Of a DNA stretch of 64,000 bases, positions 9,485 through 18,044 are shown one piece after another. The notes below the pieces were generated by a model. The model had not been told where the DNA came from, did no database searches, and was given only the letters and a program-made list of their open reading frames with translations. Made by a program: the position numbers and the translations under genes. Each line of letters opens with the position of its first letter. The stretch's first letter is position 1. The DNA is from an uncultured Pelagibacteraceae bacterium (GTDB lineage Bacteria; Pseudomonadota; Alphaproteobacteria; Pelagibacterales; Pelagibacteraceae), in NCBI GenBank assembly GCA_902519465.1, contig CABYJW010000003.1:857-64856 (forward strand), given 5' to 3'.

Positions 9485-9518
9485 AAAAAAAAAGGCCCAG
9501 TTAATCAACTGGGCCTTT
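9485..9518 (-). terminator. intrinsic terminator/attenuator between the TAXI receptor and permease genes
   Basis: Minus strand has a 12-bp stem AAAGGCCCAGUU/AACUGGGCCUUU, a 4-nt loop, then a U-run. It ends 11 nt before the permease ATG. Confidence 0.7.
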
Positions 9519-9530
9519 TAGATAAATAGC

Positions 9531-10529
9531 TTACATTAAGCCTTTTTCTTTGTAATATTTAACTGCTCCTGGGTGTAATGGTGCAGATAAACCATCTACG
9601 ATCATTTTCTTTGGATCTAGATTAGCAAATGCAGGGTGTTGTTTTTTGAAGTCATCAAGATTTTCAAAAACAGCTTTTACAACTGCATATACTAAGTCTT
9701 CTGGCACTGCTTCGCTTGTTACAACTGAAGCCATAACACCGAAAGTAGTTACATCTTTTTTAGAAGTTTTGTAAGTACCTTTTGGAATTGTTGCAAATGC
9801 ATAAAATGGGTTGTCAGCAACTAATTTTTTTACAGGGTCTGTATCTAAATTAATGATACTCGCGCCACATCCATCAGTTGATTGAGCAACACCTGCGTTC
9901 GGAACACCAACAGTATATCCAAATGCGTCGATTTTTTTATCACAAAGTGCACCTGATTGTTCTGAAGAAGTAAGTTCAGATGTTGATCCAAAATAACCTG
10001 TATCAACTCCATGAGCCTCCATTAAAACTTCAAAAGTTCCTCTTTGACCAGATCCAGGGTTTCCTATGTTTACTTTTTTTCCTTTCAAACTGTTCCAGTC
10101 TTTTATTTTAGAACCTTTTCTAGTTATTATTTGGAATGGTTCAGGGTGAGCTGAAAAAACAGCTCTTAAACCATTAAAAGGTTTTACTTTATCAGGTCGA
10201 GTTCCGTTATAAGCATGATACTGCCAGTCTGATTGTGCAACACCAAACTGAAGTTCACCTTGCATGATTTGGCCTATATTATAAGTCGAACCACCTGTGG
10301 AAGGAGCTGAACAACGTAATGCTTTATCTGTCCCCTTTTTTCTTCCGTGTTCTGCAGATTGAATTTTTGCTACCATTTTGCATATAGCATTACCAACCTG
10401 GAAATAAACTCCAGTCGGTCCACCTGTTCCTATTGAAAAGAATTCAGCAGATTTTGCTATAGTTGTTAGAGGCAAACTGATCGCAAATAAAAACAACGCT
10501 CCAGAGATTGTTGAGATTACTTTTTTCAT
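9531..10529 (-). CDS. TRAP transporter solute receptor, TAXI family
   Basis: 332 aa with a signal peptide and motifs GTGGPTGVYFQVG and GGSTYNIGQ. Strong SD AAGGAGG at 10536-10542. Confidence 0.85.
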   Translation of the reverse strand: MKKVISTISGALFLFAISLPLTTIAKSAEFFSIGTGGPTGVYFQVGNAICKMVAKIQSAEHGRKKGTDKALRCSAPSTGGSTYNIGQIMQGELQFGVAQSDWQYHAYNGTRPDKVKPFNGLRAVFSAHPEPFQIITRKGSKIKDWNSLKGKKVNIGNPGSGQRGTFEVLMEAHGVDTGYFGSTSELTSSEQSGALCDKKIDAFGYTVGVPNAGVAQSTDGCGASIINLDTDPVKKLVADNPFYAFATIPKGTYKTSKKDVTTFGVMASVVTSEAVPEDLVYAVVKAVFENLDDFKKQHPAFANLDPKKMIVDGLSAPLHPGAVKYYKEKGLM

Positions 10530-10632
10530 AATCTTCCTCCTTAATTATAATTAAATTAAGAAAATGTTATCAATTCAAAAAGAAATATGTAAGAGTAAAA
10601 GCTTATATTGGACAGATTATACAATCAAATTG

Positions 10633-11868
10633 TCAAAGGTTTTTATGCCACTCAGCTAGTTTTTTTGTTCCCTCAACAACATTTGGAGCATACTTTTTTA
10701 TTATATCATCATCTAGTTCTTTACTACCACTGATATTTTTTAAAAATAAATCCCCATCAAAATCAGTAAAGCTTAATCTTGTAAGCATTTTATCATTTTT
10801 AAATCCAAAATCTGATCCAGGTAATAAAGCCACTCCGGATTTTGAAAGAATATCATCACACATTTCACTTGATGTCTTAAACTTTGAATTCAAAAATTCA
10901 GGCATTAAATAAAATCCACCTTGAGGTGGATTAATTAGTACTTTGTTTGATTTTAAATTATTATAAACATAGTTACCTACACTTTTTAAAATATGTGTAG
11001 TTTTCGCTTTGTAGTCATCATAGTTACCTTGATATGCTTCTACTGCAGCATATTGCACAGGACTATTAACAGTAGAGTAAGATTCGCTTGCTAGAGTTTT
11101 TAAAGCATTAATAAATTCTTTATTGCCGTCTGGTGAAGCAAAAAAACCTAACCTCCAACCACCAGCCCCACACCACTTACTTAGTCCACCACTTATAAAT
11201 GTTCCTTCTGGATAAAACTTAGATATTGATAAATAATTTTGGTCAAAAGTTAAATCTGTATAAATTTCATCTGATAGAATTTTAATTTTGTATTCTTTTG
11301 CCACCTTTGCGATTTCCTTTAAGTTATTACAAACAGTGCCCGAGGGGTTATTTGGAGAATTAATAATTAAAATTATATTTTTGTTTCCAATAGATTTAAT
11401 TTTTTTTTCTATATCTTCTGCAGTTGGAAACCAATTGTTATCTCTTGAAGTCTGAAGCCAATGTACTTTGTTCTCGGCTATTTGTGCTTGAGGCTCATAA
11501 GATACCCAGCTAGGAGCTGGTAAAATTATTTCACCGTTAAATGCCACATGCATTAGCAACATTGCTTCTTTGGATCCTGGTGTTATAATAATGTTGTCTT
11601 TATCGTACTCTATACCAGTCTTGCTTAATAATGATTTTGATATTGCCACTCTAAGTTCTTTTAGTCCTTGCATAGGCAAATAATCTTTTTTACCAGCATT
11701 CTCTTTTAATGTTGATACTATTTTTTCTGGAATTGGAAATGGTGATTGACCAAAACCAAAATTATAAATTTTATTTCCCTGTTTTAATAATTTTTTTGCT
11801 TTTTCGTTTATAGCTAATGTAGCGGAGGGTTTAAGTCCTCTAATATTTTTTTTTATAAAATCGTCCAC
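10633..11868 (-). CDS. PLP-dependent aminotransferase, class I/II
   Basis: 411 aa with NSPNNPSG and SGGLSKWCGAGGWRLG (PLP lysine). First codon is GTG, and an in-frame stop lies 8 codons upstream. Confidence 0.8.
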   Translation of the reverse strand: MDDFIKKNIRGLKPSATLAINEKAKKLLKQGNKIYNFGFGQSPFPIPEKIVSTLKENAGKKDYLPMQGLKELRVAISKSLLSKTGIEYDKDNIIITPGSKEAMLLMHVAFNGEIILPAPSWVSYEPQAQIAENKVHWLQTSRDNNWFPTAEDIEKKIKSIGNKNIILIINSPNNPSGTVCNNLKEIAKVAKEYKIKILSDEIYTDLTFDQNYLSISKFYPEGTFISGGLSKWCGAGGWRLGFFASPDGNKEFINALKTLASESYSTVNSPVQYAAVEAYQGNYDDYKAKTTHILKSVGNYVYNNLKSNKVLINPPQGGFYLMPEFLNSKFKTSSEMCDDILSKSGVALLPGSDFGFKNDKMLTRLSFTDFDGDLFLKNISGSKELDDDIIKKYAPNVVEGTKKLAEWHKNL

Positions 11869-12002
11869 AATTAAATAACTTACTACAGATTAAATTTATT
11901 AAAATAGAACGTTTGACAAAGTGATTCGGTCATGATTTAATCATCTTTTGTTCTCAGTGCTGACCTATATATAGTATTTAAAAAAAAATATAACACTAAA
12001 AA

Positions 12003-14468
12003 ATGAAATCTCAGCTAAATGAAATAATTGCAGTTTTGGGACCTACAAACACAGGCAAAACTCATATGGCGATAGAAAAAATGCTTGAATTCAATTCTGG
12101 AATTTTTGGTTTTCCATTAAGACTTCTTGCAAGAGAAGTGTATGACAAGTGTACAAAGAAAATAGATTCAAAAAAAGTAGCATTAATTACGGGTGAAGAA
12201 AAAATTATACCAAATACAGCACAGTATTTTATTTGCACAGTTGAGGCTATGCCCAAAGATAAAGTGGTTGATTTTATTGCGGTTGATGAAATTCAAATGT
12301 GTGGTGATAGAGAAAGAGGACATATCTTTACTGATAGGCTTTTAAATTTTAGGGGAGAAGTTTTAACAATGTTTCTTGGTTCACAAGTTATGAAAAATAT
12401 TATTTCTAGTATCATACCTGAAACACGATTTGTTGAACAAAAACGTTTTTCAAAACTTTCTTATAATGGACATAAAAAAATCTCAAGATTAGATAGAAAA
12501 TCTGCGCTTATAGCTTTTTCAGTAGAGGAAGTTTATGCGATCGCTGAATTAGTCAGGAGACAAAAAGGTGGAGCTGCAGTAATAATGGGTTCTTTGAGTC
12601 CTAAAACAAGAAATTCACAAGTTGATATTTACCAAGCTGGCGATGTTGACTATTTGGTTGCCACAGATGCCATTGGAATGGGACTTAACATGGATATTGA
12701 ACAAGTAAGCTTTTCTAGTTTAAAGAAATTTGATGGAAAAAAAACAAGACGTTTGCGAACAACAGAAATTTCTCAAATAGCTGGAAGAGCCGGAAGATAC
12801 AAAGTTGATGGATCATTTGGAGTAACTGGGGGATGCGAAAATCTTCAGTCTGATGAAATTGAAAGAATAGAAAATCATATACTTGATGAAATTAAGTTTT
12901 TATTTTGGAGAAATTCTGATTTAAATTTTAATACTGCAGAAGATTTGATTCAATCTCTTGAAAAAAAACCATCGAGTAAGAACTTTTTGAAAATTTCAGA
13001 GTCACTAGATGAAAATGTTTTGAAATACCTGGTAAGAGATAAAAAAATAAAATTTTCAAATGATAAACTTGAGTTACTATGGGATTGTTGTCAAATTCCA
13101 GACTTTCAAAAAAAAGCTTTCACTCATATTGACGTAGTCAGTAAAGTTTTTAATTTTTTAAATTCTGGTAGAAACAAAATTCCAAATGAATATATGAAAA
13201 ACCAATTGAAAGGCCTCGAAAACTACCGGGGTAATATAGATATGATTTCCAATAAAATTTCTAACGTCAGAACCTGGTCTTACGTAGCAAATAAAAAACA
13301 CTGGGTAGAAAATGCTGATTACTGGATACAAATGAGTAAAAATATTGAAGATAGTTTATCAGATAAATTACACAATGAAATTACCAAAAGTTTTATTGAT
13401 AAGAGAATAAGTGTTTTATCTAGAGGTTTGAAACAAGACATTAAGCTAAATACAGAAATTAACACCAGAGATGAATTAATAATAGACGGTCAATTAATTG
13501 GAAAATTAAAAGGTTTAAAATTAAATTTAGAGTTTACCTCGGGTACACTGGATACAGATGTAAAGTCTTTAAAGAAAGCTGCAAGACAGGGTGTTACCGA
13601 GGAGCTGGTCAAAAGAGTAAAAGAAATTATTAAAGATAAAGAAATACACTTTGGGCTTAATTATAAAATAGTATGGAAGGACCATCCAATTGCTAAAATT
13701 AGAAAAGGAAAAAATTATTTACATCCTCAAATAGATATAATTGCAGACGAAAATTTAGCAATTAACTCGAAAGATGAATTGTTATTTTTTTTAAATACCT
13801 GGTTAAAAAAATATGTTGAAGAGGAACTCGAAGATTTAATAAATTTGACAAAAAGTGAAAATAAAAACAAGTATTTAAGAGCGTTATCTTTTCAGCTGTA
13901 TGAAAGCAATGGGGTGCTAAAAAGAAGGGATGTTGAAGATGTTGTTAAAGCTATTTCAAAAGAGGATAGGAAGCAGTTTAGAAAAATCGGAATAAAAATT
14001 GGTAGATATCATATTTTTTTACCAAAAATGCTCAAACCAAAAGCTGTGGCTTTAAGAATTTTGCTATGGAAATTTTATAATAATATTAACGAAAATAATG
14101 AAATTCCAAAATCTGGATTAAATTTTTTAACTGATAACCAAAATAAATTAGATAAAAATTTTCTACTTTTATGCGGATTTGAAAATTTTGGTAATTACTA
14201 TATAAGAGTCGATATTTTGGAAAAATTATTTCTGAAGATTATAGATAGTACGAAAAATGGTAAATTTAAAATTAGTTCTGAAATGATGAACCTTTTGGGA
14301 TGTTCAAAAGAAAATTTTTATAAAGTTATGGAATTAATGAATTATAAACGCGAAAAAAAAGATGAAGATATATTTTGTTATAAGGGATCAAGAAAAATTA
14401 ATAAAATTAAATTTTTTAAAAGGAAAAATAACCCATTTCAAAAACTGTCATCTCTTAATTTAAAATAA
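12003..14468 (+). CDS. Suv3/SUPV3L1-like superfamily-2 helicase
   Basis: 821 aa with GPTNTGKT (Walker A), VDEIQM, ATDAIGMGLN and QIAGRAGR motifs, plus a long C-terminal region. Confidence 0.75.
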   Translation: MKSQLNEIIAVLGPTNTGKTHMAIEKMLEFNSGIFGFPLRLLAREVYDKCTKKIDSKKVALITGEEKIIPNTAQYFICTVEAMPKDKVVDFIAVDEIQMCGDRERGHIFTDRLLNFRGEVLTMFLGSQVMKNIISSIIPETRFVEQKRFSKLSYNGHKKISRLDRKSALIAFSVEEVYAIAELVRRQKGGAAVIMGSLSPKTRNSQVDIYQAGDVDYLVATDAIGMGLNMDIEQVSFSSLKKFDGKKTRRLRTTEISQIAGRAGRYKVDGSFGVTGGCENLQSDEIERIENHILDEIKFLFWRNSDLNFNTAEDLIQSLEKKPSSKNFLKISESLDENVLKYLVRDKKIKFSNDKLELLWDCCQIPDFQKKAFTHIDVVSKVFNFLNSGRNKIPNEYMKNQLKGLENYRGNIDMISNKISNVRTWSYVANKKHWVENADYWIQMSKNIEDSLSDKLHNEITKSFIDKRISVLSRGLKQDIKLNTEINTRDELIIDGQLIGKLKGLKLNLEFTSGTLDTDVKSLKKAARQGVTEELVKRVKEIIKDKEIHFGLNYKIVWKDHPIAKIRKGKNYLHPQIDIIADENLAINSKDELLFFLNTWLKKYVEEELEDLINLTKSENKNKYLRALSFQLYESNGVLKRRDVEDVVKAISKEDRKQFRKIGIKIGRYHIFLPKMLKPKAVALRILLWKFYNNINENNEIPKSGLNFLTDNQNKLDKNFLLLCGFENFGNYYIRVDILEKLFLKIIDSTKNGKFKISSEMMNLLGCSKENFYKVMELMNYKREKKDEDIFCYKGSRKINKIKFFKRKNNPFQKLSSLNLK

Positions 14469-14890
14469 TGATTAAATTATCAAATAATAAAGACAAACAA
14501 AATATAGAATTAACAAAAATAGTTTCGCTGTTAATACATGCTGCAAAAATAGATGAAAATTACACTGATAAAGAAAAAGATTTAATAAATAATTTTATTA
14601 ATAAGTTCTCAGAAGAAAATTCTCAAAATAAAACTTCTAGTGAAATTCTTGAAGCAGCTGAAAATCAAGAGAAAGACTCAAATCATATTTTGGAATTTAC
14701 AAGAGAAATAAAAAAAATGGATATGAAAATTAGAATTCTTGTTTTAGAGACTCTTTGGGAAATTGTTTTGTCTGATGAAAAATCTGGAATATATGAGAGT
14801 AATTTAATTAGAAGAATTTGTGGTTTGCTTTACATCTCAGATAAAATAAGTGGTGAAGTAAAATTGAGTATTATAGAAAAAAATAAATAA
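14468..14890 (+). CDS. TerB-like (tellurite-resistance TerB / DjlA N-terminal fold) small protein
   Basis: 140 aa with two TerB-like helical repeats ([20 protein letters not shown] and [25 protein letters not shown]). TAATG overlaps on both sides. Confidence 0.5.
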   Translation: MIKLSNNKDKQNIELTKIVSLLIHAAKIDENYTDKEKDLINNFINKFSEENSQNKTSSEILEAAENQEKDSNHILEFTREIKKMDMKIRILVLETLWEIVLSDEKSGIYESNLIRRICGLLYISDKISGEVKLSIIEKNK

Positions 14891-15231
14891 TGACATATTT
14901 TGTAAAAGATGAATGTATTAAGTGTAAGCTAATGGATTGCGTTGAAGTTTGTCCTGTAGATTGTTTTTATGAGGGAGAAAATATGTTAGTAATTGATCCT
15001 GACGAGTGTATAGATTGCGGAGTATGTGAACCTGAATGCCCTGTAGAAGCAATTGTTCCAGATACAACATATGAAAAAGATGATAAGACTATGTGGTTAG
15101 ATTTAAATAAAAAATATTCGAAAGAATGGCCAAATATTACTAAGAAAAAAGAACCACCTAAAGACTGGAAAAAATATGAGACTGAAAAAGATAAATATAA
15201 AAAATACTTTTCTAAAAAACCGGGAGAATAA
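14890..15231 (+). CDS. fdxA: 7Fe ferredoxin (3Fe-4S + 4Fe-4S)
   Basis: 113 aa with cluster motifs [14 protein letters not shown] and [12 protein letters not shown]. Confidence 0.9.
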   Translation: MTYFVKDECIKCKLMDCVEVCPVDCFYEGENMLVIDPDECIDCGVCEPECPVEAIVPDTTYEKDDKTMWLDLNKKYSKEWPNITKKKEPPKDWKKYETEKDKYKKYFSKKPGE

Positions 15232-15233
15232 AA

Positions 15234-15875
15234 ATGGGTAGAAAAAAGAAGAAAAAAAAGATTAAAGCTGTAAAAAAGAAAATTGAGAAAAAAGTAAGTT
15301 TGACAGTTAAGTCTTCTTCCGCAGACCAAAAGGTAGAAATAAAAAAAATCAAAAAGCAGCCTACAGAAAAGAAAATTTACAATATTAATGATTTTGTGGT
15401 TTATCCTAAAGACGGTGTGGGTAAAATTGTTAGCGTTGAAAAGGCGCTAATAGGTGGAATAGAAACTCAGAATTACAAAATTGAAATATTAAAAGATAAA
15501 CTAACTCTACAATTACCAATAAATAAACAATCCCTTTTGAGACCAATTTGTTCAACGCATCAAATAAATAAATGTATTTCTATTCTTAAAACTAAACCAA
15601 AAGTAAAAAGAACAATGTGGAGCAGAAGAGCACAAGAATATGAGCAAAAAATAAATTCAGGTAAAATTTATGAATTAGCTGAAGTAGTACGAGATCTTAA
15701 CAAAAATTCAAACACTATTGCAGATCAATCTTATAGTGAGAGACTATTGTTTGAAAAAGCATATGACAGACTTGAAAGTGAATTTGAAGTAGTTTTAAAA
15801 ATTTCACAGGAGGATGTCAAAAAAAAGATGGACAAAGCCTTAGGTAGAGAAGAAAAAACACAGGAAATGCAGTAA
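15234..15875 (+). CDS. carD: CarD/CdnL-family RNA-polymerase-binding regulator with Lys-rich N-terminal tail
   Basis: 213 aa. The CarD N-terminal domain begins around FVVYPKDGVGKIVSVE and is preceded by a roughly 50-aa tail MGRKKKKKKIKAVKKKIEKK... Confidence 0.85.
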   Translation: MGRKKKKKKIKAVKKKIEKKVSLTVKSSSADQKVEIKKIKKQPTEKKIYNINDFVVYPKDGVGKIVSVEKALIGGIETQNYKIEILKDKLTLQLPINKQSLLRPICSTHQINKCISILKTKPKVKRTMWSRRAQEYEQKINSGKIYELAEVVRDLNKNSNTIADQSYSERLLFEKAYDRLESEFEVVLKISQEDVKKKMDKALGREEKTQEMQ

Positions 15876-15916
15876 AAAAAACGCTCTTTCCGTGAGATTT
15901 GGAAAGAGCGTTTTTT
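15874..15916. terminator. bidirectional intrinsic terminator
   Basis: An A-run (15874-15881) is followed by the 12-bp stem AACGCTCTTTCC / GGAAAGAGCGTT (15880-15891 / 15901-15912) and a T-run (15911-15916). Confidence 0.8.
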
Positions 15917-15927
15917 GAGAAAACTAT

Positions 15928-15996
15928 TTATCTTCTTCTTCTTCTTTTTTTAGCTTTCTTTTTAGCTTTTTTCTTTTTTTTACGTCTTTTAGCCAT
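15928..15996 (-). CDS. candidate micro-ORF encoding the 22-aa polybasic peptide MAKRRKKKKKAKKKAKKRRRRR
   Basis: Hand-translated. SD GGGAG lies 6 nt upstream of the ATG and the TAA lies 15 nt before the bidirectional terminator. Its own promoter-like element is upstream. Alternative reading: a non-coding homopyrimidine tract. Confidence 0.35.
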   Translation of the reverse strand: MAKRRKKKKKAKKKAKKRRRRR

Positions 15997-16047
15997 CGTT
16001 ATCTCCCTTTTTTTTAAACAAATCGAAGTGATTCGTTAATTGATTTA

Positions 16048-16075
16048 ACTTTAAGTTTTTTTGAATAGATGTCAA
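16048..16075 (-). promoter_or_regulatory. candidate sigma70-type promoter for the micro-ORF
   Basis: Minus strand has TTGACA (16075-16070), a 16-nt spacer and TAAAGT (16053-16048). Confidence 0.3.
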
Positions 16076-16205
16076 ACATAAACTAATCAATAGTTTTTTT
16101 TGAAAATTAAAATAAAATATTTTTATTTTGTTATTTTAAATAGCTTAATAAAAGCCAGCAAAATCAACGGTTATTTAATTATTTTTAATATTTAAAAAAT
16201 AAAAA

Positions 16206-17888
16206 TTAAGAATAAAGATTTTCTAAATCTTGTTTATACTTTTCAATTATTTTTTTTCTTTTTAACTTTAGAGTTGGAGTCATTAAACCATTTTCAATTG
16301 TAAATTCTTCTTCAATTAACTTAAACTTTTTAATTTTTTCTATAATTGATAACTTTTTATTATTATTTTCAATAATACTTCTTATAGTTGAATCATTTTT
16401 ATCTTTTTTGTCTACAACAATTAAAGCAACAAGATAATTTTTTTTATCTCCATAAACTAAACATTGTTTTATTTTTTCTTCATTACAAATAGCATTTTCT
16501 ATTTTACTAGGAGAAATATTATCTCCACCGTGACTTACAATTATATCTTTTTTTCTGTCAGTAATTTTCAGGTATCCATTGGGATCAATCTCTCCAATAT
16601 CGCCAGTATGTAACCAGCCATTTTTTAATATTTTATTTGTTTCGTTTTCTTTTTTCCAGTATCCTAGCATTACATTTTCACCCTTAACTAAGATTTCACC
16701 GTCATCAGCTATCTTAACTTGGTTTGTTTTAAAAGGGGGTCCTACTGTGTCTACTTTTATATGGCCAGGTAAGTTACAACTTACTACTGGGGAGGTTTCT
16801 GTTAAACCATAACCTTGCAATGTTGGTAAACCTACGGCATTTAGGAATTCTCCAACATTTTTATCTAATGCACCTCCACCTGAAACAAATGCTTGAAGAT
16901 TTCCTCCAAATTGTTTTTGAATTTTCTTTCTTACCAAAGTCTGACATATAAAATTTATTATTTTTTCATTAATTTTAAGTGTCTCTTTGTTTAATGATTT
17001 TTTCCCTAATTCAATTGTTTTATTAATTAGTATTTTTTTAAGTCCAGATTGTTTGTTTAAATTTGAGGAAATTTTATTATACAAATTCTGGTAAAATCTT
17101 GGAACTGCTGTCATTATAGTTGGTTTAGCGATAGCCATATTTGATAAAAGTTTCTCTAGACTTTCAGCATAAAAAACTTTTGCCCCAAGTAATATTTGTA
17201 TAAATTGAACAGCATGTTCATAAGAGTGCGAGAGCGGTAGCCATGTTAAAAAAATTGGATCTTTTTTTTTGATTAATGGTTTGAGAAGTTCATAAGCTCC
17301 TTCACAATTAGCTAAAATACCTCCATGACTTAAAATTACTCCCTTTGGATTGCCTGAAGTACCGGATGTATAGATTATACAGGCTGGTGTATTTCGTTTT
17401 AAATTTTTATTTATTTTTTTTTGGAAGTCCTTTTCATTTAGTATATCTGATATTAATAAGCTTTGGGTATCAATTTTTTCAAAAGAAATAATTTTTTTCA
17501 CTTCGGGATTAATAAAATTTTTTATTTTTTTAAATTGATTTTGATTTGAAACAATAATTAAAGAAGGCTTACAATCGTTTAAAATATATTCATAATCGTT
17601 TTCAGAATAAGTTGTGAATATTGGAACCGATATTCCCCCGGCATTCATTACAGCAATATCTGAAACTAGCCAGTAAGGTCTATTCTCTGAAAGTATTAGA
17701 CATCTGTCTCCATCATTTATTAAAGACTTTATTTTGTGAGAAAGTTTAAAAATTCTATTTGTAATATCTTGCCAATTGTAGGTTTGCTTCTCAGGTTTCA
17801 GCCATTTTAAGAATGGTTTTTTTCCTTCAATTTCTTCTGATTTTTTAAAGTATAACTCAACTAGGCTATTTATTTCTGATAATTTCAT
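16206..17888 (-). CDS. long-chain acyl-CoA synthetase (AMP-forming)
   Basis: 560 aa with AMP-binding motif IIYTSGTSGNPKGV, GYGLTETS and GWLHTGDIG. Confidence 0.85.
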   Translation of the reverse strand: MKLSEINSLVELYFKKSEEIEGKKPFLKWLKPEKQTYNWQDITNRIFKLSHKIKSLINDGDRCLILSENRPYWLVSDIAVMNAGGISVPIFTTYSENDYEYILNDCKPSLIIVSNQNQFKKIKNFINPEVKKIISFEKIDTQSLLISDILNEKDFQKKINKNLKRNTPACIIYTSGTSGNPKGVILSHGGILANCEGAYELLKPLIKKKDPIFLTWLPLSHSYEHAVQFIQILLGAKVFYAESLEKLLSNMAIAKPTIMTAVPRFYQNLYNKISSNLNKQSGLKKILINKTIELGKKSLNKETLKINEKIINFICQTLVRKKIQKQFGGNLQAFVSGGGALDKNVGEFLNAVGLPTLQGYGLTETSPVVSCNLPGHIKVDTVGPPFKTNQVKIADDGEILVKGENVMLGYWKKENETNKILKNGWLHTGDIGEIDPNGYLKITDRKKDIIVSHGGDNISPSKIENAICNEEKIKQCLVYGDKKNYLVALIVVDKKDKNDSTIRSIIENNNKKLSIIEKIKKFKLIEEEFTIENGLMTPTLKLKRKKIIEKYKQDLENLYS

Positions 17889-17892
17889 TATT

Positions 17893-17979
17893 TGGTGGGC
17901 GAAGAGAGACTCGAACTCTCAAGGTATTGCTACCATTGGATTTTGAGTCCAACGCGTCTACCAGTTCCACCATTCGCCC
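17893..17979 (-). tRNA. tRNA-Leu (anticodon CAA), CCA encoded
   Basis: 87 nt and hand-folded. Acceptor GGGCGAA/UUCGCCC, anticodon arm UUGGA-CUCAAAA-UCCAA, long variable arm GGUA-GCAA-UACC, T arm GAGAG-UUCGAGU-CUCUC, 3' ACCA. Confidence 0.9.
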
Positions 17980-18044
17980 ACACCCCCTAATTTATCTTTG
18001 TACAAACATTATCTTTTGAATTAATTTACTTAGCAACATAAAAA

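Noticed and set aside
10616-10636. Perfect TATAAT (10621-10616, minus) with a perfect TTGACA (10636-10631) upstream of the TAXI receptor gene
   Set aside because: The two hexamers are only 9 nt apart, so they cannot form one sigma70 promoter. TATAAT alone in an AT-rich spacer is not sufficient evidence.
15928-15996. Polybasic micro-ORF as a Lys/Arg-sensing attenuation leader peptide
   Set aside because: It is followed only by a terminator and the convergent carD gene, so there is no downstream cistron to regulate. It is kept as a stand-alone micro-gene candidate instead.
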